Source of the DNA: Nitrospirota bacterium
GTDB lineage: Bacteria; Nitrospirota; Thermodesulfovibrionia; UBA6902; DSMQ01
NCBI GenBank assembly: GCA_016212185.1
Contig: JACRGX010000061.1
Location: 4,333 to 68,332, forward strand
DNA: 64,000 nt
Direction of reading: 5' to 3'
Positions 56,221 through 64,000 of this stretch are shown here, piece after piece; positions within the stretch are counted from its first letter, which is position 1; each line of letters opens with the position of its first letter. The translations under genes and the position numbers were made by a program. The notes beneath the pieces were generated by a model. The model saw only the letters and a list, made by a program, of their open reading frames with translations. It was not told where the DNA came from and searched no databases.

Positions 56221-56915
56221 TACGGCTGTTTTGCCCTTTTGTTAGTTATGCCTTCAAGTCTCTTTTTTGAAACAGTTGCCCTTAAGGAATTTGGAAAGGA
56301 ATCAATGACAGCCTTATAGTATTTTTCAGCATCTTCAATGCTCCCTGTGTGGAGCTTTGCCTCCGCATACATGAACAACGGCTCGGGTGAGGAAATCCTG
56401 CCTTTTTCACGGTATTCATCAACTGCCTGCGCATGTATAGCAAGAAGGTTTTCCCATTTAGCGTTTTTGTGGTAGCTTTGCGACAGGGTATCTTCCACAG
56501 GGATTTTCATTCCAGAACCCGGGTATTTTTGCAAAAATTCATAATAAAGGGGTTCAGCCTTTTCATACTGCGGAGGCGTATAGTCATTTATATAGATTGA
56601 AATCAGCCGCCAGTAGCTTTCCTGCGCAAGTGGTGTATCAGGATATTCTGCGATTATCTTAAGATATGTTGCCTCTATTTTTGGAAGCGCCGCCTCTCTG
56701 TCGCCGGTTTCAGTGAAGGTGAGTATCTCAGTGAACAGGTTAAATGCCTTTTCTCCCTGCTCCGCAGGAGTAAGTGTTTTCTTCACTTCTTCAGGCGGCT
56801 TTTCTTCTGTCTTTACCTGCGGCGCAGTTGTGCGCAGTGCAGCGCATGATGCAAGGCAAATAGCTGAGAACAGAAATATTAATGGAAAAAACTTCATTTT
56901 TTGACCTGAGTTCAT
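56220..56915 (-). CDS. lipoprotein with TPR-like helical repeats
   Basis: The signal and lipobox are MKFFPLIFLFSAICLASC, followed by helical repeat content. Confidence 0.5.
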   Translation of the reverse strand: MNSGQKMKFFPLIFLFSAICLASCAALRTTAPQVKTEEKPPEEVKKTLTPAEQGEKAFNLFTEILTFTETGDREAALPKIEATYLKIIAEYPDTPLAQESYWRLISIYINDYTPPQYEKAEPLYYEFLQKYPGSGMKIPVEDTLSQSYHKNAKWENLLAIHAQAVDEYREKGRISSPEPLFMYAEAKLHTGSIEDAEKYYKAVIDSFPNSLRATVSKKRLEGITNKRAKQP

Positions 56916-57020
56916 TTGATAATTATACTTTAATCACTGAGGGAAAAGCTATTTTTACAAAGACATTATGCCTAATGCTTGTAAAAAGGGATTCTTCATT
57001 CGGAATAACAGATTGAAGAG

Positions 57021-58493
57021 TCAGATGCCGAATTTTTTCTTAAGGCTGTATACGGACGGGCGGCTGATACCGAGCGCCTTTGCTACTTTTGTGATATTGT
57101 TATTGCATGTGACAAGCGCTTCAATCAGCTTTTGTTTTTCAATAGTATCTCTTGCGTCTCTCAGAGTGGCAATATATCCGTCGGCTCCGAAATGCGGAAG
57201 ATGCAGGTCCAGATCCTGAGGATTTATGTATTGGTCTGCGGAAACCACAATTGATTTTCTCACTTTGGCTATTATCTCTCTGACATTTCCGGGCCAGTCA
57301 TAATTTTTTATTGCATCAACGGCATCCCTTGAAAATATTTTTGATACGCCCATCTCTTTGGAAAATTTGTTCAGGAAATATCTTGCGAGAATTATCTTAT
57401 CGTCTCCTCTTTCACTGACAGGCGGAAGATTTATTTTAAATGTATTCAGCATGGAAATGAGGTCGCTGCCGAAGTAGCCTTTTGATGCGGTTGACCTGGT
57501 ATCTGAAGAAGCTGAGACTATAAGCCGCACATCTGCCTTTATTCCGGTTTTTGCGCCAATCCTCTCAATGATTTTGTTATCAAAAAACTTTAAAAACCTC
57601 GGCTGTATGTCCGGTGTGAGCGCCTCAATTTCATTAAGGAACAACGTTCCGCCGTTTGCGTATTCAATCTTGCCTGTCCTGTTGTTGTTGCGGTCTGCGC
57701 TGAATGCGCCTTTTTCATAGCCGAAAAGCTCAGCTTCAAGGAGGTCTTCGGGAATTGCCGCACAGTTTATCGGGACAAAAGGCTTGTCTTTGCGCAGGCT
57801 TCTTTCATGAATGGCAGAGGCGGTCATTTCCCTTCCTGTCCCGCTTTCGCCGATTATGACTACAGGCAGGTCTGTTGTGGCTACGTTTCTTATCATAGAG
57901 AAGACCTCAAGCATCGGCCTGCTTGAGCCTACGAATTCTTCATTGATATCCAGACATTTCCCGACTTTCAGGATTTCAACATCTATGAAATTGAGCACCT
58001 TACAGATGTCCTCCAGAGTGAATGAACTGCACCTTGTGCCGAGCCTGTTAAGGAATGATTCTTTTTCGTGTTCAAGGAAGTAGTGAGGAGAGTGAAAATT
58101 CAGATTCCAGCCGCAGGAATTGCAGGTCCTGAGCTTGCGGACATTTTCAACACTGCAATACGGGCAGGTTGTTTTTTCTCCTATATTTTCCCTGATATAA
58201 TCCCAGAGTTTTAACTTGGCGTCTCTATTTACGTTATAAAATTTTGCGGCAATTCCGCTTTGGTCTTTTCTTACGATTTCTCCCATGATTTCAAATTCGC
58301 CGTACTTCGGAAGTTCGTACTTAAGCCCTATGATTTTATTGCCGGGCTGAGGATGAGGGTAGTCAAGATATGCGCCGCTAAGGCTAAGTTCGGAAAACTT
58401 AGCCTTCTTTTCAACCATTCCCCTGCCGGTGATATTGTCTAAAATAACATTTACAGGGAGGTTAACCTGACATCTGACATCTAATCTTTGCAT
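57021..58493 (-). CDS. sigma-54-dependent transcriptional activator with N-terminal PilZ-like domain and zinc ribbon
   Basis: N-terminal RLDVR..ELSLSGAY is PilZ-like. A CPYC...CNSC ribbon follows. The AAA+ sigma-54 interaction domain has GESGTGRE and the GAFS(A)D variant of GAFTGA in ELFGYEKGAFSADRN. The C-terminal Fis-type HTH is ITKVAKALGISRPSVYSLKKKFGI. Confidence 0.85.
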   Translation of the reverse strand: MQRLDVRCQVNLPVNVILDNITGRGMVEKKAKFSELSLSGAYLDYPHPQPGNKIIGLKYELPKYGEFEIMGEIVRKDQSGIAAKFYNVNRDAKLKLWDYIRENIGEKTTCPYCSVENVRKLRTCNSCGWNLNFHSPHYFLEHEKESFLNRLGTRCSSFTLEDICKVLNFIDVEILKVGKCLDINEEFVGSSRPMLEVFSMIRNVATTDLPVVIIGESGTGREMTASAIHERSLRKDKPFVPINCAAIPEDLLEAELFGYEKGAFSADRNNNRTGKIEYANGGTLFLNEIEALTPDIQPRFLKFFDNKIIERIGAKTGIKADVRLIVSASSDTRSTASKGYFGSDLISMLNTFKINLPPVSERGDDKIILARYFLNKFSKEMGVSKIFSRDAVDAIKNYDWPGNVREIIAKVRKSIVVSADQYINPQDLDLHLPHFGADGYIATLRDARDTIEKQKLIEALVTCNNNITKVAKALGISRPSVYSLKKKFGI

Positions 58494-58747
58494 AGTTTAT
58501 TTTAAGTGTGTTTAAGTATATAAAATATGCTAATTAAATTGCAATTAGACTAATATAATTTCAGTGTACCTCAGAAAAATGTAATTGTCAAGAAAATTTA
58601 CACGATGAATAATAACATAAGGAAAACAAATAATAAACGAGAGAATTTTTTATTTGACAAAGTTTTAATACTTCTTTATTTTAATCCCCTGAAACAGTAT
58701 TATATAAAGTAAAGCGACATAATCCCATGCAGACGGAAGATACCTAA

Positions 58748-59656
58748 TTGTATTTACAGGAGTTAATCTTACAACTTCATGCCTTTTGGTCCCGCTACGG
58801 ATGTGTGATACATCAGCCTTATGATATTGAGGTCGGCGCAGGGACTTTTAACCCGGCTACTTTTTTCAGGGTCATAGGGCCTGAACCTTGGCGCGCCGCT
58901 TATGTTGAGCCTTCAAGAAGACCGACAGACGGAAGATACGGAGAAAACCCAAACAGGCTCCAGCATTACTACCAGTATCAGGTTATACTGAAACCATCCC
59001 CGTCCGACATTCAGGACATCTACCTTAAAAGTTTATCCGAAATAAACATTGACGTTCAGAAACACGATATACGTTTTGTGGAAGATGACTGGGAGTCCCC
59101 TACGCTCGGCGCATGGGGGCTTGGGTGGGAGGTCTGGCTTGACGGAATGGAAATCACGCAGTTTACATATTTTCAACAGGTCGGAGGCCTTGAACTGAAG
59201 CCCGTATCCGCAGAGATTACATACGGGGTTGAGCGCATAGCCATGTATCTTCAGGAGGTTGATAATGTCTTTGACCTCAGATGGACTGACGGAATAAGTT
59301 ATGGGGATATTCATCACGAAACAGAGGTGGAATTTTCAAAATATAATTTTGACGAGGCTGACACCGACATGCATCTGAGGCTTTTTGAAATGTACGAAAA
59401 GGAATCCCTGCGGCTTATCAGGCAGGGGCTGATATTCCCGGGGTATGACTTCTGCCTGAAATGCTCACATGCGTTTAACATGCTGGATGCAAGGGGAGCT
59501 CTGAGCGTGGCTGAAAGAACGGGTTATATCGCACGGGTAAGGAACCTTGCAAAACAGTGCGCTGAGGGCTATCTGAAACTGCGCGAGGAAATGGGATTCC
59601 CGCTCTTAAAAAACAGTTCAAATTTGTTTAAAATGGATAGCGAGCGAATAATATAA
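58748..59656 (+). CDS. glyQ: glycine--tRNA ligase alpha subunit
   Basis: 302 aa. [34 protein letters not shown] is collinear with the GlyQ N-terminus. The start appears to be TTG (in-frame stop immediately upstream); exact start uncertain. Confidence 0.93.
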   Translation: MYLQELILQLHAFWSRYGCVIHQPYDIEVGAGTFNPATFFRVIGPEPWRAAYVEPSRRPTDGRYGENPNRLQHYYQYQVILKPSPSDIQDIYLKSLSEINIDVQKHDIRFVEDDWESPTLGAWGLGWEVWLDGMEITQFTYFQQVGGLELKPVSAEITYGVERIAMYLQEVDNVFDLRWTDGISYGDIHHETEVEFSKYNFDEADTDMHLRLFEMYEKESLRLIRQGLIFPGYDFCLKCSHAFNMLDARGALSVAERTGYIARVRNLAKQCAEGYLKLREEMGFPLLKNSSNLFKMDSERII

Positions 59657-59699
59657 AGAAATTCCTTACATTAGATTCCCTGTGGTTTTGCCACAGGGA

Positions 59700-59760
59700 A
59701 GATTAATAGTTTAAGTTGTTTAAAGTTGAACTGTTTGAACAATCTTGAACAATATTAATT
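59700..59760. repeat. TTGTTCAA-family degenerate tandem block
   Basis: gtttaagttgtttaaagttgaactgtttgaacaatcttgaacaat lies between glyQ and glyS. Confidence 0.7.
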
Positions 59761-61797
59761 ATGAAACCTTTACTTATAGAAATCGGCACTGAGGAAATTC
59801 CTGCCCGGTTTATCCCTGACGGGGTGAAATCCCTGAAGGATGGGCTTGTAAAATTTTTTGAAGACTCCGCCATAGATTTTGGAAATGTCTCTAAATACGC
59901 TACGCCGAGAAGGCTCGCGTTATTTATTGAAGATGTCTCTGAAAAACAGAAAGACCGGACAAAAGAGATCGCAGGTCCCCCTAAAAAAATTGCCTTTGAT
60001 GAAAAAGGCAATCCGACGCAGGCTGCTATCGGTTTTGCAAAATCCTGCAACGTGGATGTGAAGGAATTAAAGACCGTCAGGACTGAACGCGGCGAATATC
60101 TGTCAGTCACGATTAGCGAAACAGGCAGGGAAACCATAAATGTGCTTTCTGAAGCGCTTCCAAAACTTATAACTTCTGTTCAGTTCCCTAAGTCAATGAG
60201 ATGGGGAGGCAGCACCTTGAGATTTGCGCGGCCGATACGCTGGATTACGGCTATGTTCGGCACAGAGGTAATCTCCTTTGAACTTGACGGATTAAAAAGC
60301 AGTAATAAATCTTTTGGCCACAGATTCATATCCCCGGGACCTTTTGTAATAAACGACCCAGTATCATACAAAAATCTCTTAGCGGAAAACGGCATAATAG
60401 CCGACCCGGCAGAGCGCAGGGGGATAATCCTTGATGAGACAAAAAAAATTGAGTCTAAAGCAGGCGGCAAAGTCCATGAGGACGCTGAACTTTTAAACAC
60501 AGTAACATTCCTTGTTGAATACCCGATGGTTATCATGGGGAATTTTGACCCTGCTTATCTTTCCCTTCCCAAAGAACTTATCGTCACAGTCATGAGGAGC
60601 CATCAAAAATATTTTTCCATGGAAGATAAGGCAGGAAACCTGATGCCCCATTTTGTTCTGGTAAGCAATACAAAGCCTGAAAATTCCGCTGCGGTGAAAA
60701 GGGGCGCAGAGAGGGTCTTGAAGGCCAGGCTTGAGGATGCGAGGTTTTATTACAATGAGGATGGGAAAAAGCCTTTGTGGGATTATGTTGAGAAATTAAA
60801 TAAAGTCACTTTTCATGAAAAACTCGGCAGTCTTTATGAAAAGGCGGAGAGGATAGCATTTTTATCTTCATATATATGTGATGAGCTCGGCACGCCTGCA
60901 AAGGAAAATGTCCTGAAGACGTCTATGCTTGCAAAGGCGGACCTTGTGACCGGAGTTGTAAGGGAATTCCCCGAGCTTCAGGGCTATATGGGAATGGTTT
61001 ACGCCGGGAATTCCGGCGAAGACGATGAGGTTGCTGCAGCAATTTATGAACATTACCTGCCGAGGTTTTCAGGCGATGTCCTGCCTTCAGGCGAAGTCGG
61101 CAGTATAATTTCCATTGCAGATAAGATTGATAATATTGCATCGTTTTTTCTCCTCGGACTTGCGCCAACAGGCTCTGAAGACCCGTTTGCATTAAGGCGT
61201 CAGGCCATGGGAGTGATTAATATTCTTGTCAATAAGGACTTCGTTGTTCCCCTTGAGCAGATTGTTGACAAGGCAGTGCAGGGCATTGAAGCATATCTTC
61301 CTGCAAGGAAGCCTCTTGACGAGGAGATTCTGAAATTTTTCTATCAGAGATTTGAGGGAATGCTTTTAAATGAGGGCTATGCTTATGACGTCATAGACTC
61401 GGTTTTTTCCGCAAAGGGCGGCGGCATCAGGGATATAAAGCAGCGGGTTGAAACGCTTTCTGACATGAGGGAGACGCCGGGCTTCCCGGAACTCGTTACA
61501 GCAGCAAAAAGGGTTTATAATATCCTTGCAAAAATAAAGGCAGGGCAATTCAATGCAAACATGCCCGCAGAGCCTGCGGAAAAAGAACTGCATCAGGCCG
61601 TTATGCATGTAAACAAAGAACTGATATGGAAAAATTACAATGCCCTTTTTGAGCTGAAAGAGCCTGTGAATAATTTTTTTGAAAAAGTGCTTGTAATGGA
61701 TAAAGACCCTGCGGTTAAGGCCAACAGGCTGGCGCTGCTTTTAACGGTCAAAGAGGCCTTTAATTCACTCGGTGATTTTTCAAAGATCGTAGGGTAA
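59761..61797 (+). CDS. glyS: glycine--tRNA ligase beta subunit
   Basis: 678 aa. The N-terminus MKPLLIEIGTEEIPARF is typical of GlyS. Confidence 0.95.
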   Translation: MKPLLIEIGTEEIPARFIPDGVKSLKDGLVKFFEDSAIDFGNVSKYATPRRLALFIEDVSEKQKDRTKEIAGPPKKIAFDEKGNPTQAAIGFAKSCNVDVKELKTVRTERGEYLSVTISETGRETINVLSEALPKLITSVQFPKSMRWGGSTLRFARPIRWITAMFGTEVISFELDGLKSSNKSFGHRFISPGPFVINDPVSYKNLLAENGIIADPAERRGIILDETKKIESKAGGKVHEDAELLNTVTFLVEYPMVIMGNFDPAYLSLPKELIVTVMRSHQKYFSMEDKAGNLMPHFVLVSNTKPENSAAVKRGAERVLKARLEDARFYYNEDGKKPLWDYVEKLNKVTFHEKLGSLYEKAERIAFLSSYICDELGTPAKENVLKTSMLAKADLVTGVVREFPELQGYMGMVYAGNSGEDDEVAAAIYEHYLPRFSGDVLPSGEVGSIISIADKIDNIASFFLLGLAPTGSEDPFALRRQAMGVINILVNKDFVVPLEQIVDKAVQGIEAYLPARKPLDEEILKFFYQRFEGMLLNEGYAYDVIDSVFSAKGGGIRDIKQRVETLSDMRETPGFPELVTAAKRVYNILAKIKAGQFNANMPAEPAEKELHQAVMHVNKELIWKNYNALFELKEPVNNFFEKVLVMDKDPAVKANRLALLLTVKEAFNSLGDFSKIVG

Positions 61798-61888
61798 ATA
61801 TATGACATGCATTTATGGTAAAATAAAAAACTGTGCGCATCTGAAATTTTAAATTAGGAATAACCAATAACTATCTCGGGAGGATTTT

Positions 61889-64000
61889 ATGGCTAAAAAG
61901 TATGTTTATTTTTTCGGCGCCGGCAAGGCAGACGGCAATGCGGGGATGAAAAATCTCCTTGGAGGCAAGGGCGCAAATCTTGCTGAAATGGCCGGGCATA
62001 AAAATCTGAGGCTTCCTGTGCCGCCTGGATTTACCATCACCACGGAAGTATGCACTCTTTACTATGAAAATAACCGCAAATATCCAAAAGAGCTTGAGAA
62101 GCAGGCGGATGCCGCGCTTTTTAGGGTTGAAAAAATTATCGGGAAAAAACTCGGCGACCCAAACGACCCCCTTCTCGTTTCAGTGCGTTCAGGGGCGCGC
62201 AGTTCCATGCCCGGAATGATGGAGACGGTGTTAAATGTGGGGCTTACGTCAAAGACGATTCCCGGACTTATCAATAAGACAGGCAACGAACGCTTTGTAT
62301 ATGACGCTTACCGCAGGCTCATGATGATGTATTCAGATGTCGTGATGGAAAAGGCGGCAGGCGTTGAGCCTGAAGGCGGAGAAGGCATCCGCATGAAGCT
62401 TGAGCACGCAATGGAAAAAGTGAAGAAGGCAAAGGGCTATAAAAGCGATACTGACCTTTCGGTTGACGACCTTAAATTTCTGTGCAATGAATTTAAAATA
62501 ATAATTAAAAACACACTTAAAAAAGATTTTCCTGATGACCCGCAGGAGCAGTTGTGGGGCGGCATAGGAGCGGTATTTCAGTCGTGGATGGGAAAGCGCG
62601 CTGTATCATACCGCAAGATAGAAGGAATACCCCAGCACTGGGGAACGGCAGTTAATGTCCAGTCAATGGTATTTGGCAATACAGGCGATAATTCCGCGAC
62701 AGGAGTCGCCTTCACGCGCAATCCCGCAACCGGGGAAAATATGTTCTTTGGCGAATGGCTTCCCAATGCGCAGGGCGAGGACGTTGTTGCAGGCATCAGG
62801 ACGCCGAATCCGGTGAACAAGGCGGGAAAGACCGATGACACCGCGCATCTTTCGTCGCTTGAAGAAAACATGCCCAAATTATACAGGGAATTATTCACAT
62901 ACCAGAAAAAACTCGAAAATCATTATACAGACATGCAGGACATAGAATTTACCATTGAAGACGGCAAGCTCTGGATGCTTCAGACCAGGGTCGGCAAGCG
63001 GAACGGCCAGTCAGCCATACGCATGGCAGTTGAAATGGCAAAGAAAAAATTAATTACAAAAGAGACTGCGATAATGCGTGTTAAGCCCGAACAAATTGAT
63101 GAACTTCTCCACCCGAGCGTGGACCCTGCCGCAGAAAAGAAGGCTGTTGAGCTGGCAAAGGGACTGCCGGCAGGCCCCGGAGGCGCTGAAGGAAAAGCGG
63201 TTTTTACCGCCGACGACGCGGAGGCGTGGGCCAAAAAGGGCGAGAAGGTGATACTCGTAAGAAACGAGACCTCGCCTGAGGACGTTCACGGGATGCATGC
63301 GGCAGAGGCAATACTTACCGCAAAAGGCGGAATGACAAGCCATGCGGCGCTTGTCGCAAGAGGCTGGGGGAAATGCTGTATTGTCGGATGCTCCGCCCTG
63401 AACATAGACCTGCCGAAAAAAGAAATCCATGTAAACGGAAGGGTTGTCAGGGAGGGCGACTGGATTACATTAAACGGGACCAAGGGGCGTGTTTACGAGG
63501 GGCGGTTAAACCTCATGCCTGCGGACCCTGAAAATAATAAATGGTACAAGGAATTGATGACATGGGCGGATAAGGTGAGGACTTTGAAGGTCAGGACCAA
63601 CGCAGATACGCCGAATGATGCGGCTGTGGCAAGAAACTACGGCGCGCAGGGAATAGGCCTCTGCAGGACCGAGCATATGTTCTTCGGTCCCGACAGGATA
63701 AAGGCCGTGCGCGAGATGATACTTTCAGACACGGTTGAAGGCAGGAAAAAGGCGCTTGCAAAACTCCTTCCGATGCAGAAGGGGGACTTCATAGGCATAT
63801 TTGAGGCTATGAAAGGTCTCCCCGTAACCATAAGACTTCTGGACCCGCCGCTTCATGAATTTATTCCCCACACTGACAAGGACCTTATGGAACTGGCAAA
63901 TGATATGGGTGTTTCCTTTGACCAGCTTAAAGCCAAGAACGCATCTCTTCATGAGTTTAACCCCATGCTTGGGCACAGGGGCTGCCGTCTCGGCGTGACA
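61889..64000 (+). CDS. ppdK: pyruvate, phosphate dikinase (3' end beyond window)
   Basis: RBS GGGAGG precedes the start. MAKKYVYFFGAGKADGNAGMKNLLGGKGANLAEM, the phospho-His region GGMTSHAALVARGWG and the terminal ...GHRGCRLGVT are present. The ORF is open to the window end and is not in the ORF track because it has no stop. Confidence 0.9.
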   Translation, partial: MAKKYVYFFGAGKADGNAGMKNLLGGKGANLAEMAGHKNLRLPVPPGFTITTEVCTLYYENNRKYPKELEKQADAALFRVEKIIGKKLGDPNDPLLVSVRSGARSSMPGMMETVLNVGLTSKTIPGLINKTGNERFVYDAYRRLMMMYSDVVMEKAAGVEPEGGEGIRMKLEHAMEKVKKAKGYKSDTDLSVDDLKFLCNEFKIIIKNTLKKDFPDDPQEQLWGGIGAVFQSWMGKRAVSYRKIEGIPQHWGTAVNVQSMVFGNTGDNSATGVAFTRNPATGENMFFGEWLPNAQGEDVVAGIRTPNPVNKAGKTDDTAHLSSLEENMPKLYRELFTYQKKLENHYTDMQDIEFTIEDGKLWMLQTRVGKRNGQSAIRMAVEMAKKKLITKETAIMRVKPEQIDELLHPSVDPAAEKKAVELAKGLPAGPGGAEGKAVFTADDAEAWAKKGEKVILVRNETSPEDVHGMHAAEAILTAKGGMTSHAALVARGWGKCCIVGCSALNIDLPKKEIHVNGRVVREGDWITLNGTKGRVYEGRLNLMPADPENNKWYKELMTWADKVRTLKVRTNADTPNDAAVARNYGAQGIGLCRTEHMFFGPDRIKAVREMILSDTVEGRKKALAKLLPMQKGDFIGIFEAMKGLPVTIRLLDPPLHEFIPHTDKDLMELANDMGVSFDQLKAKNASLHEFNPMLGHRGCRLGVT

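Overview
The window is 64 kb of bacterial chromosome at roughly 43-45% GC, dense with genes on both strands. Gene content (futalosine-pathway mqnB, AmmeMemoRadiSam system, sigma-54 enhancer-binding protein, F-type ATP synthase with both b and b' subunits, Tol-Pal) points to an anaerobe-like lineage rather than a cyanobacterium, but I cannot assign taxonomy from sequence alone.

Housekeeping genes I can support:
- secA, purC, a trpE/pabB-family chorismate-binding enzyme, cysK and a cysM-like paralog followed by a JAMM/Mec+ peptidase.
- A complete tolQ-tolR-tolA-tolB-pal-ybgF operon and moaA.
- An atpF'-atpF-atpH-atpA-atpG-atpD-atpC block with no a or c subunit genes in the window.
- trpS, glyQ, glyS, a 3'-truncated ppdK, an RNase E/G-family gene preceded by the usual radical-SAM/DUF2344 fusion, a LarE-like PP-loop protein, dedA and ampG.
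- tRNA-Gly(CCC) and tRNA-Ala(GGC).

Accessory and regulatory content:
- A fused AmmeMemoRadiSam B-A protein with a lipoprotein-like signal peptide, next to its radical SAM partner.
- A GAF-GGDEF diguanylate cyclase, a stand-alone PilZ protein, and a sigma-54 activator with an N-terminal PilZ domain.
- A VapBC-like pair, a TumE/TumA-like pair beside tRNA-Ala, and three apparently orphan antitoxin-like genes.

The most distinctive signal is repetitive DNA, in several unrelated families:
- Heptanucleotide and octanucleotide tandem tracts, (CAGTGAA)n, (GTGTTCT)n, (GAATTCA)n, (AGGAGTC)n, (CGCATCA)n, (TTTGTCCC)n and CCCCAAT. They resemble cyanobacterial STRRs. Several lie in-frame inside genes, where they encode the hydrophobic core of signal peptides or add linker insertions.
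- A palindromic GC-rich MITE-like element of about 160 bp, in three copies.
- A structured element of about 340 bp, in four copies, one flanked by direct repeats.
- Degenerate TTGTTCAA blocks at five loci, two of which share an identical 37-mer.
- GC-rich palindromes inserted in-frame into mqnB and a HAD hydrolase gene.

No CRISPR array, rRNA or obvious transposase gene is present.
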